Below, one piece after another: positions 49,201 to 60,150 of a stretch of 64,000 nucleotides of DNA. The stretch's first letter is position 1. Each line of letters starts with the position of its first letter. This DNA comes from Mytilus trossulus (lineage: Eukaryota). A program made the position numbers and the translations under genes. The DNA lies in contig NC_086380.1 in the NCBI RefSeq assembly GCF_036588685.1, forward strand, positions 33,658,313 through 33,722,312. Reading direction: 5' to 3'. The notes beneath the pieces were generated by a model, which made no database searches, was not told the origin of the DNA, and worked only from the letters and a program-made list of their open reading frames with translations.

Positions 49201-51546
49201 TGCATTAAAAGCGAATAAGTAACGAATAGGTAACAGGTTATTTACCGAGCGCTGGAACGGTTACATGCGCTCTAATAGGGTCATTTCATCTCTAAGAACA
49301 CATTGTTATCACCAGAGACATGAACACAATTAAAAAACGATTTATTTCAAGGTGCACCGTATACCCCGCGCATTAAAAAGCGAAAAAGTAACGAATAGGT
49401 AACAGGGTATTAACCGAGCGCTGGAACGGGTACATGCGCTTTAATAGAGTCATTTCATCTCTAAGAACACATTGTTACCAGCAGAGACATGGGCACAATT
49501 GAAAATCCTTTTCTAAAAGGTGCAATGTACAACAAACGTATTATAAGTGAATAGGTAACGAATTGGTAACAGGGTATTAACCGAGCGCTGGAACGGGTAC
49601 ATGCGCGCTAATAGGGTCATTTCATCTCTAAGAGCACATTGTTACCACCAGAGACATGAACACAATTAAAAAACGATTTATTTTAAGGTGCACCGTATAC
49701 CCCGCGCATTAAAAGCGAATAAGTAACGAATAGGTAACAGGGTATTTACCGAGCGCTGGAACGGGTACATGCGCTTTAATAGAGTCATTTCATCTCTAAG
49801 AACACATTGTTACCACCGGAGACATGTAGACAATTAAAAAACCTTTTCTAAAAGGTGCAATGTACAACAAACGTATTATAAGTGAATAGGTAACGAATAG
49901 GTAACGAATAGGTAACAGGGTATTAACCGAACGCTGGAACGGGTACATGCGCGCTAATAGGGTACTTTCATCTCTAAGAACACATTCTTACCACCAGAGA
50001 CTTGAAAACAATTAAAAAACGATTCATTTCAAGGTGCACCGTATACCCCGCGCATTGAAAGCGAATTAGTAACGAATAGGTAACAGGTTATTTACCGAGC
50101 GCTGGAACGGGTACATGCGCTCTAATAGGGTCATTTCATCTCTAAGAACACATTGTTACCACCAGAGACATGAACACAATTAAAAAACGATTCATTTCAA
50201 GGTGCAACGTATACCTCGTGCATAAAAAGCAAATAAGGAACGAATAAGAAACAGGGTATTAACTGAGCGCTGGGACGGGTACATACGCGCCAATAGGGGT
50301 CTTTCATCTCTAAGAACACATTATTAACACCAGAGATATGAATTTAATTGAAAATCCTTTGCTAAAAGGTGCAACGTACAACAAACGTTCTATAAGTGAA
50401 TAGGTAACGAAAAGGTAACGAATAGGTAACAGGGTATTTACCTAGCGCTGAAACGGGTAAATGCGCGCTAATAGGATAATTTCATCTCTAAGAACACTTT
50501 GTTATCACAAGAGACATGGAGACAATTAAAAATCCTTTTCTAAAAGGTGCAACGTACAACAAACGTATTTTAAGTGAATAGGTAACAGGGTATTAACCGA
50601 GCACTGGAACGGGTACATGCGCGGTATGGGGTAATGTCATCTCTAAGAACACATTGTTATCACAAGAGACATAAAGACAATTAAAAAAGGTGCAACGTAC
50701 AACAAATATATTAAAAGTGAATAGGTAACGAATAGGTAACAGGTTATAAACGGAGCGCTGGGACGGGTACATGCGCGCCAATAGGGTATTTTCATCTCTA
50801 AGAACACATTTTTACCACCAGAGACACTGACACAATTGAAAATTCTTTTCTAAAAGATGCAACGTACAAGAAACGTATTATAAGTGAATAGGTAACGAAT
50901 AGGTAACAGGGTATTTACTGAGCGCTGGAACGGGTACATACGCGGTAATAGGGGTATTTCATCTATTAGAACACATTATTACCACTAGATATATGAATTT
51001 AATAGAAAATCCTTTTCTCCAAGGTGCAACGTACAACAAACGTATCATAAGTGAATAGGTAACGAATAGGTAACGAATAGGTAACAAGTAATTTACCGAG
51101 CGCTGGAACGGGTTCATGCGCTCTAATAGGGTCATCTCATCTCTAAGAACACATTGTTACCACCAGAACACAATTAAAAAACGATTTATTTCAAGGTGCA
51201 ACGTATACCCCGTGCATTAAAAGCAAATAAGGAACGAATAAGTAACAGGGTATTATCCGAGCGCTAGAACGAGTACATATGTGCTAATAGGGGTATTTCA
51301 TCTATAAGAACACATTATTACCACCAGAGATATGAACTTAATTGAACATTCTTTTCTAAAAGGTGCAACGTACAAAAAACTTTTGAAAAGCGAATAAGTA
51401 ACGAATAGGTAACAGGGTATTTTCCGAGCGCTGGAACGGATACAAATGCACTTATAGAGTTATATCACCTCTAAGAGCCCAAATCTTCCACCAGTGACAA
51501 CAAAACAATTGAAAATGATGTTTTAAAAGGTGCAACGTAAGATGTT
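46219..51546 (-). repeat. The same satellite in reverse-complement orientation, about 29 monomers, interrupted by a 319-bp insertion
   Basis: gggtcatttcatctctaagaacacattgttaccaccagagacatg...gcgctggaacgggtacatgcgc is the reverse complement of the forward monomer. Higher-order order B'-B-A is visible around 47940-50200. Confidence 0.9.
46915..47233 (+). mobile_element. SINE-like element (319 bp) inserted into the satellite with a CTAA target-site duplication (or TAA)
   Basis: The satellite consensus catttcatctctaagaacac here reads catttcatctCTAA[taaaattgagaatggaaatgggg...gagatctcaaccctcccc]CTAAgaacac. The insert is about 90% identical to 15875-16183. It is absent from the corresponding position of the other palindrome arm. 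Confidence 0.8.
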
Positions 51547-51805
51547 CGTATTATAAGCCTGAAATTAAGTAGTTATTGTTTGTTTTTGTGCTACATATTT
51601 CCGTTTTTGTTTGTATATGAAATACGGCGGTCAATTTTGTTGTTTGAATTGTATGAGGTTGTCATGCCTGTGCCTTTTATAGGTGACTTCACGGTTTGGG
51701 CTTTGCTCATTGTTGAAGGCCGTACAGTAAACTATAGTTGATAATTTCTGTGTCATTTTGGTCTAATGTGGAGTGTTGTCTCATTGGCAATCATACCACA
51801 TCTTC
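51547..51805 (+). mobile_element. MITE-family copy, mirror of 40094-40352
   Basis: cgtattataagcctgaaattaagtag...gggctttgctcattgttgaaggccgtacagtaaac...ggagtgttgtctcattggcaatcataccacatcttc. Confidence 0.7.
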
Positions 51806-52689
51806 AAGTGCTAACACGGTGATTTCATCCCGTCGAACCAAGATCCATCTTCAAACATATGGACATAAAGCAGTTAAAAAGTAGAACGTATAAAAAAAAA
51901 CAAGTAAGGAACAAATGCGTATCGAACATGAAGTAAAAGGATCGATTGAGCACAAACACATATAAATAGGTCATAAAAAAATCATTTTACCTCAACAAAT
52001 TTAGAACTATTACCATATGTAAGAGTATTAACAACTAGATTTGTAATTGCTAGCAATAACGGATGGCACCCTTCCCCCTATTACCAGGTGCGCGGCAGCC
52101 ATTTTGACAATTCCAAAGTGAAAGAGAGCATTTACAGATGTCTAGTAACATTTTTGCAAAGTTTCATTAAGTTTGAACATTTTGAAATGTTTGATATTTT
52201 TGCTGTTTCCATGGTTACGGCTGCCATTTTGAAAATTCTAACTTCAAAATCCGACTCTGCCTATCTATGCCAGTTACCATCCTGTAAAGTTTCATCCAGT
52301 TTACTCAAAATTCTTATTTTTGAAATGTTTGACCTTTTTGCATTGTTTCCATGGTAACAAGACCTATTTTGGAAATTCCAACTCCAAATGCCACATCTAC
52401 CATTGTTGCTCATCATTGCTGTGAAGTTTCATGAAGTTTTGAGCATTTTGAGAATTTTGAAAATTTTGGTGTAGTTTCCATGGCAACATTGTAGTTCCAA
52501 TGATCGCCAAAGTAATCCAACACCTGTATATAGTGGGCGCCTACATTGTTTTAAAATATGATGATTCTGAGTTGAAGCATATCCAAACAGTTCACCCAAA
52601 AAAAAACAGATTTTTTTTCACAATTGTGCCGTTTCCATGGCAGCCATATTAAACTTTTCAATGCCATAATTAAAAAGGGGGAAGGATAT

Positions 52690-52985
52690 TAAAAATCAAA
52701 TAAGTAACGAATAGGTAACGAAAAGGGAATAGGTAACGAATAGGTAACGAATAGGGAATAGGGAATAGGTAACGAATAGGCAACGAATAGGGAATAGGGA
52801 ATAGGTAACGAATAGGCAACGAATAGGGAATAGGGAATAGGTAACGAATAGGTAACGAATAGGGAATAGGGAATAGGTAACGAATAAGTAACGAATAGGG
52901 AATAGGGAATAGGTAACGAAAAGGTAACGAATAGGGAATAGGGAATAGGTAACGAATAGGGAATAGGGAATAGGTAACCAACTTG
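52690..52985 (-). repeat. 7/11-mer array (GAATAGG / GAATAGGTAAC), reverse complement of 38918-39200
   Basis: aataggtaacgaataggtaacgaaaagggaataggtaacg.... ORF 52670-53011 is an artefact. Confidence 0.9.
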
Positions 52986-53465
52986 ACGCCCATAAAAAAG
53001 CCAGTATTCATTTTAAAATAATCTTATTTATAGATTTTTTTTTTTAAACAGGATTAACAATACTGGTACCTACCTACATATTAGCTGTATTTGACCACCA
53101 AGTCTTATTCCCACACCATGAAAACATGCCACAGAAAGTACCTAAAAAGAAATTAACACATTTATTAATTTTACAAACCAATTTCTATGTCAACCTAAAG
53201 ATTGATTTACACATTTTTCTGATTTCTTACTTCAAGTACCAATAGTATAAAATCCACATATTTGGTAAAGATTGAAAAACAAACAAAAGTAGTCAAGGTT
53301 TATGATTTGAATTCTGCACTCAACTAATTTGAATAATGAAAATGAGTTGTCTCCCATTGAATGAACAAATCTTGCTGTTAATTGTGCTAGTCTCCCCTTG
53401 AAAGTTAATTCCTATCTTAGAATTTACTCCTGCAATTGTAATAGAAATTCTTGTTAATGTACAAT

Positions 53466-53900
53466 CAAGGGGTACAATCAAAATTACATGATGGATATAC
53501 ACACACCGGAAGTTACAGTCGAACTCGCCGCTTGAAAGGTTAGTAGTTGCATTTTCAATTAAATTTTGATTAATAAGTTGGCACACCGAATGTCGGATAG
53601 TATGTAGTTTTAAAATACACAATTGTTTTTGCTAGAAAGCGTGCAGTTATTGAAAACACTTCGACACAGTTCCAAATTTTCAACGAATTTTTGTGTCGAA
53701 GTGTTAGCATTAACTGCACGATTTCCAGCAATGATAATTGTGCATTTCAAAACTAGATAGTATCCGACATTCCGTGCACTACCTTATTTATTTAATTTCA
53801 TTGATATAAACAAGTAAATACGACTACTTACCTTTCAAGCGGTCTGCTCGACTGTTACTTCCGGTGTGTGTATATCCATCACGTGATTTTGTACCCCTTG
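53466..53900. mobile_element. MITE (435 bp) with imperfect ~75-bp TIRs, nested internal palindromes and a putative 5-bp target-site duplication ACAAT
   Basis: 5' end: caaggggtacaatcaaaattacatgatggatatacacacaccggaagttacagtcgaactcgccgcttgaaaggt. 3' end: acctttcaagcggtctgctcgactgttacttccggtgtgtgtatatccatcacgtgattttgtaccccttg. acaat is at 53461-53465 and again at 53901-53905. The internal arm gtgcagttattgaaaacacttcgacac pairs with gtgtcgaagtgttagcattaactgcac. Confidence 0.65.
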
Positions 53901-56900
53901 ACAATGGTATCCCAAAATATTAAACTGGTAAATAAATTATTGAAAGATGTTTTTCATGCAGAAAATAAGGATGAATATGTACATTTAACAAATATTTCTA
54001 GAAAATGTATAGAAATTGTTTGACTTCAATAAACTTGCCTTCTCAATTTCATGGTAAAGCCTCAGACTTGGTTGAAAATTTTATTGACCATCTTCCTTAG
54101 AGCTGCTCTCCTGGCTGCCAGAGTGGCTGTCATCATTATCTTAATTGCAATCTTTTCGTTTTTGGTCCATTATTTATAGAAATAAATAAAAAAAATATCA
54201 GATGCACTCTCAATTAATCATGTATCTTGAAAATTTCACCAAATCAATTCTACCGATAGTGTCCCATAATTTCTCCCACCCTTAAATCTATTATCTGGAG
54301 CTCTGTTTACATTTTTTTTTTATTTACAGAACTCTGAATAATAGTCATTGTTAGCTAGTATACATCTGATATTAAACAAAAAACTTATACATATGAATAT
54401 TTAAGTAAAATAATAAATTTAAAAGAATGAGGAGTTAAACAGGGGAATAATTTATTACCTCCCTTTGCCAAAAATTTCACCTGTTTAGACTCCACATCAT
54501 TGCTATATCTAACAAAAATACAAGATGGTATAGCTATAATAAATAATAAATAATTTGATATAAATTATTTAAATAATTAACAAAAATATTTAGTACATCA
54601 TTGTTCACCTAGGTGGTTCACTTCCATTACTCCGATTTTCTCAACCAATTGAAAAAATGGACACCAAGATATATAACAAATCTTGCTTATTGTGGCATTT
54701 AACACTAAAAATCTGAATTAATCTTTTCTCACCAAGATGTGTTTTTTTCTATGCTTCTTGTGAAATAATCTTTTTTATAGCTAAAAACACTGCAAAAAAT
54801 AACAAACTAATGAAGAAAAAAAGAGATACATCCAACAAATCAGAAAACCAAAATGTACATTTTAACAAAATAACCTTTTTTTTCTTTTTTTTTTTTAGAT
54901 TCTCCATTTTTAACCTTCTGGAAATGTTTGATAACACATTGACCATAATTAAGATATCAAGAGTAGGTTTAAAAGTAAAATCGGAAAATTATGAAGTATC
55001 AATTTAGCCAACAACTTCCAGCTTTGTTGAAAATGGAGAATCTTTACAATTTAAAAAATTTTTTTTTGGTAAAAAAATATGAACATTTTTTAAAACATAC
55101 ACAAAAATAGTCTGAATTACATTCTTTTTGGTTTCAGTTGTATTGCACAATAATTTCCTGCAGCCACAGTTGAAGTCACCTGAAAAAGAAATATACATTC
55201 TAATATCTTTCAGAACAATATTCAATGCAAAGGAATAAGTAACTAGTTAATAAATGCACTTATGATGCATAGAACAATAGAACATTGCTTTTACTTTGCT
55301 TTGAAGTGATTCTGTAGACTGAATTTACAAACAACCAGTCTTCAGTAGCAAACAAGGGATGACAAGTAGTTGGTTGTTGTTCGACGTATTTATAGATTAT
55401 CGTTGAGATGACCAATGATAATCTGTTTATCGCTTTTTTACCTATGACGACCTTGTCAATTTCAATGTCAATTTTGTTAGCAACGCCACATGGTCTCCTT
55501 AGTTTCTAGCGAGAAGCAAAAAAAAAAAGATCAAAGGAAAAATGCACAAAATAGCGACCATTTGTTGCTTACATATCATTTGGTCTCTGGGAGATAGTTG
55601 TTTCAGTGGCAATCATACCACATGATGGTCCACATCCCATTCATTATACAATGTATATACGGGGAACAATTTTAGAAAACTAGATAGTAAGATTTTCTAA
55701 GTAACTGAATAATTTTTTTATTTCCTTTATTTATCTTGATACCTCCCTTTAGATTATATCACAGTTATAGTTCAAGAAAAATTAAAGTTTACTACGTCTC
55801 AAGATCTGCATAATTAAAATATAATACTTCTTTGCATAACATTCTAGGGTATTTACATGTTCTTGGCTAAATGACTCATTAATTTATGTATTGGTTCTTA
55901 CCATATTAGTCAGCTCCAATGGCCATTCTCAGCCTCAATCCTTACAGACAAGCTGATGCTAATCTGAAATATAAAGTGTTAAGTCTTACCAGAATGGTTT
56001 CAAAAGATCACTGTTACCATATGAAATTAAAAAGAAATAGGTTATATATGTGTAATAGAGGCTGAGAACATATATTAACTAGATAGCAATCCAACAAACT
56101 AAATAATTAGGTTCAATATTCAAAATTACGTTATGTTTGTACTGATAAAAAAAAAATGCGTAAACTAGAAACCAAACTCTTAGAAACTTTCAAGCCTGAA
56201 CCACATAAAATTTAAAAAGAATATTTATAAAACATTTATTTTATTCGAAACTGTATACTGGCACCTACCTATATACTAGCTGTATTAGACCTCCAAGTCT
56301 TATTCCCACACCATGAAAAAATCTCACAAAAAAAAACTGAAATATATGAAAATTTACAATTTATATACTTTATATTTCAATTTCCCTGACATTTACCAAA
56401 CATTATTCCAATTTCTTACTATAACATAAATAACTGTAAAATCAATATAAAAGATTAAAATCAAAAACAGTAAGTCTTAAGTTTATTGATTGAATTTTCA
56501 ACTCCACAAAAATAATAATTTAAATATATTCCATTGTTTATAAAGGTAAATTATGAGTTATCTCCCATTAAATGGCAAAAATAACATTTTACATTAGCAA
56601 CATCAACTCTATCATATGCCCTTAATATACAATTTTTATCAAATTACTGATTGTATAGAAAATGTTTGGCTTAATTAAACTTGCCTTCTTATTTTCTTGG
56701 TGAAGCCTCAGACTTGGTTGAAGATTTATGTAACCATCTTCCTTGGAGCTGCTGCCATGGCTACTTTTCATGCTTTTCAACATAATTCTTTGTGATAACC
56801 AGTTCACTGAATCCATTTTAATATTCCAATGTCCTTTCCGTTGTATATAATCCAATATACAATTGTCCAAAGAATGTTCCAAAGCATCTCACAATATTTT

Positions 56901-58439
56901 CTTTTTACATTCATGGCAGCATGGAAGTAATTCTCAATATAAAAAATAATTGTTTGAACTCATACATAAAACAGTAAAAATATCAGATGTGCTTTTATAC
57001 ATGTAACTTGAATTTTGAAAATTGACCAAATGTTGTTTTTTAAATACCCACAATTTCTCTTTCCATTTTTATTTAGAACTATGTTTACATTTTTTTTATT
57101 TACATAGCTCAAATTATTGCTCTTATATTAGTTAGCAGACATCTGATATGTAAATACCTAAAAAAAGAGGTTATAAAAAAAGAACAGAATATTTATTGGC
57201 TAACACCTATAAATCACAAATATTTTTTTAATATTTTGGAGCATAGTTTAATAAAATTTCCCTTGTTTTAAGTTTCTCTTCACACACATCATAAGTATGA
57301 AAATAATTCTACAAAAATTTATCATAGCCTGAAGTAGCTCAGTTGTGCAAGTTCATATTTTCCATCAACAAAGGAGAATGGTCTTTACTGAAATTTAAAT
57401 ATATGGAAATATAAAAGGTCAAACATTTGTGATGACGATTAACCTTAATCAATTTGCATGCTCATCATGTGAGTTCTAAACAAAAATTGTTACATTCTTA
57501 CGAAGGTTTAAATAAAAATCTCCTAATTCAAGAATAGAAAAAATTATAACTGCAGGAGTTGATTACACAAACGAGTACTGTCTGTAAATTTTAATAAAAT
57601 TTCACAAATTTCGGGAAAATGGGGGGAAATTTCTCAACCAGTTTCATACTAGGAATAACACAACTTCAACGTGAGTGCAATCTTCCTTTGAAGTTTCAAT
57701 GGTAAAAGAAACGCTGATAATATAAAATACAAATATAATACAAAATAGTGGTATGTTGTAAGAAATCTTTACATTTAGGATAAAATTTAGGATGAAATAT
57801 TGTAAACTCAAAAAATCCTGTTTCTTTAAATTAAAAAATAATTGTCCAAATTCAAATTCCATGTAATAAAATCATTAAACTAGAATAGTTGAAGGAAATA
57901 GTTTCAAAATTTACAATTCAAAAGTAACATTTTTGTTCCCAAATTAAGTTTGATACATGAACCATATTAATCGGTGATGTCAAAATTTGTTTTTCATAAG
58001 AATGCTTCCAAAAAACTTAAGAGAAGAGAAATCACTGATATCTTGACATTAATATAGATGGACTGACACAAGGTAAACTTTGGGAATGACTGGTTCCTTA
58101 AATGGAGGATAACAATCAGAACTAGCTCTGTCAATACACAAGACAGGAAACACCTCTTTTCTGCCATTTGGAAACAAATCCCATGTAATAACGTAAATAG
58201 TTTTTTCCATCTTCAAATGATAAAAAAGCAATTATTCTCCCCCAGGGGTGGTTCCAGCCATTTTTAAAGAGATGGGGCTCCCACCCAGGATAAAAGGCAG
58301 GGTTCAAACTAGGTTCTGTTCTCATTTAATTGCAACCAAAAAAATTGTACAGGTTCTGCAGATCCCAGTGTCTCGCTTACTTTTGCTGTTAATCCCAGGC
58401 TCAACAAAAATGAGGGGGGGGGAATATCAATAAAAATAT

Positions 58440-58990
58440 TCCTCTCAGACTATCATTTGATTGTAAGAAGCTTCTGTCCAAGTTTGGTAAAAATCCAGAA
58501 TAGTTTATGAATCTAATAATTGTTTTAAAAACTTTAACTTCAGAATATAAGGTTAACTAAGTCCATTAATAAGCAAAATACGGAAAAACAGGAAATAAGT
58601 TTTAACTATTTTTTGTCTAGATACTAGCTTTTGATCATAAACAAGCTTCTATCTAAGTTTGTTACAAATCCAGAATTTTTGAAGAAAGTTATTAAAATTT
58701 TAAAAACTTTAGTGAATGTATTGTATCCTGGCATTTATAAGTAGAATATGGAAAAATTAATTTGTTTCATTTACAAAATTTACTTCTGGGTACTATCTTA
58801 TGATCATATACAAGCTTAGGTGGAAGTTTTAGAAATCCAGAATAGTTTTAGAAAGTTATAAAAATTTCAAAAAACTTAAACTAAAGAGTGAATTTTTGTG
58901 ATCGCCAATGATGACGCTGCTGACAGAATGTAGGATGGCCAAGTCTCATGTTTTTTTCAATTAAAGTTGAAGGCTCGACAAAAAGTATTA
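58440..58990 (+). repeat. S180-family tandem array (3 units of about 170-180 bp) plus terminal flank
   Basis: cttctgtccaagtttggtaaaaatccagaatagttt occurs at 58471, 58646 and 58813. The terminal flank is ...aaaaaacttaaactaaagagtgaatttttgtgatcgccaatgatgacgctgctgacagaatgtaggatggcc...gttgaaggctcgacaaaaag. Confidence 0.8.
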
Positions 58991-59048
58991 ATGGTTTAAA
59001 AAGAATGTTAAATAAAATTTGTTGAATAGTGTTTAATCAAATTTTGCA

Positions 59049-59275
59049 GAGGTACATGCTTCCAATTGGCTTCCCTCAGAGTTACATGCCTCTAATTGGG
59101 ACCGCGCTGCCAGGGGTACTGCTTCTAATTAGCTTTAGCAGACAGAGGTATATATGTACTGCTTCAAATCAGCTTCGCAACAAGACAGAGGGTATGTGCT
59201 CCCAATTAGCTTCACTAAGAGGTACATGCTTCCAATTGGCTTCGCTCAGACAAACGTACTGCTTCCAGTGTCGAA
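59049..59275 (+). repeat. Degenerate minisatellite, about 32-40-bp unit (GAGGTACATGCTTCCAATTGGCTTCSCTCAGA), about 7 copies
   Basis: Recurring (g)aggtacatgcttccaattggcttc / gtactgcttc.aat.agcttc units. ORF 59029-59313 is an artefact. Confidence 0.8.
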
Positions 59276-59559
59276 ATGGTACGGTATGCAAGTCTGTACT
59301 ATATCCAGCCTAGTAAATGGTACATAATTGCAAGTCAAATGTCGTCCAAATATACAAAAACATATTTTATTTAACATTCTTGATCTAGTTTATTTTCGCA
59401 TCTACCTTCACTCTCCTATTTATAATTTATCCTGATGGTGACATTGTGAAATGCAAATTATCATTACAGGATTCTGCAGTTCCCTATAGTGTCAATCCTG
59501 ATGAAGGTGCCATAGGATCCAAAATATGGCTATCTTATCAAATTCACTTTAGCAATCCC

Positions 59560-60150
59560 TTAATTTTTTTTATTATCTTTTGATTAAAAGAAGCATGTCC
59601 TAGTTCTGTCAAAGTTTGGTAAAAATCCAGAATAGTTTATGAATTTAATAAATATTTTAAAAACTTTAACAGCAGACTGAATGTTATGTTAACTTGAAGA
59701 AAAACTAAGTCAGTTATAAGTGAAAAATACAGAAAAATGGAATTTTATTTTTACAAAATTTACTTCTGGGTACATGTACTATCTTATCATCATAAACAAG
59801 CTTTGGTCCAAGCTTGGTACAAATCCAGGAGAGTTTAAGAAAGTTATCAAAGTTTTTAAAACTTTAACCACAGAGTGAATGTAATATTTCCCAGGAGAAA
59901 AACTAAGTCCAGTTACAAGTAAAATACGAAGAAATGGAATGTTATTTTTACAATATTTACTTCTGAATACTATCTTATGATCATTTACAAACTTCTGTCC
60001 AAGTTTGGTATAAATCCAGGATAGTTTAAGAAAGCTATTAAAATTTTAAAAACGTTAACCACAGAGTGAATATTTGTGGACGATGCCAATGACGGAATGT
60101 AGGATCGCTATGTGTCACTTTTTCAACTTAAGTCAAAGGCTCGACAAAAG
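59560..60150 (+). repeat. Second S180-family array (3 units of about 190 bp) plus terminal flank
   Basis: Units occur at about 59605, 59801 and 59992. The flank is ...aaaaacgttaaccacagagtgaatatttgtggacgatgccaatgacggaatgtaggatcgct...gtcaaaggctcgacaaaagg. Confidence 0.8.

Larger units (their letters stand above)
38918..52990. repeat. About 14-kb palindromic block. Each arm has an outer 7/11-mer array, a 1.2-kb unique flank, a MITE copy and satellite. The arms are inverted and meet at about 46218.
   Basis: 38918-40352 is the reverse complement of 51547-52990, about 97% identical in the unique flank 39200-40090 versus 52000-52690. The satellite orientation flips at ...gtctctgg|gtttcatctctaagaacacattgtt (46218/46219). 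Confidence 0.8.

Noticed and set aside
40353-51546. Repeated ~170-bp units considered as a CRISPR-like array or a coding repeat protein
   Set aside because: There are no unique spacers. The units show satellite-style higher-order-repeat variation. Overlapping ORFs such as 40966-41274, 45398-45601, 46646-46885 and 47725-47937 are frame-shifting translations of the monomer with no consistent frame.
38918-52990. Palindrome as pure assembly artefact (chimeric fold-back read)
   Set aside because: The arms differ by a 319-bp insertion, by monomer copy number and by about 3% substitutions in the unique flank. That argues for a biological inverted duplication. It cannot be fully excluded without reads.
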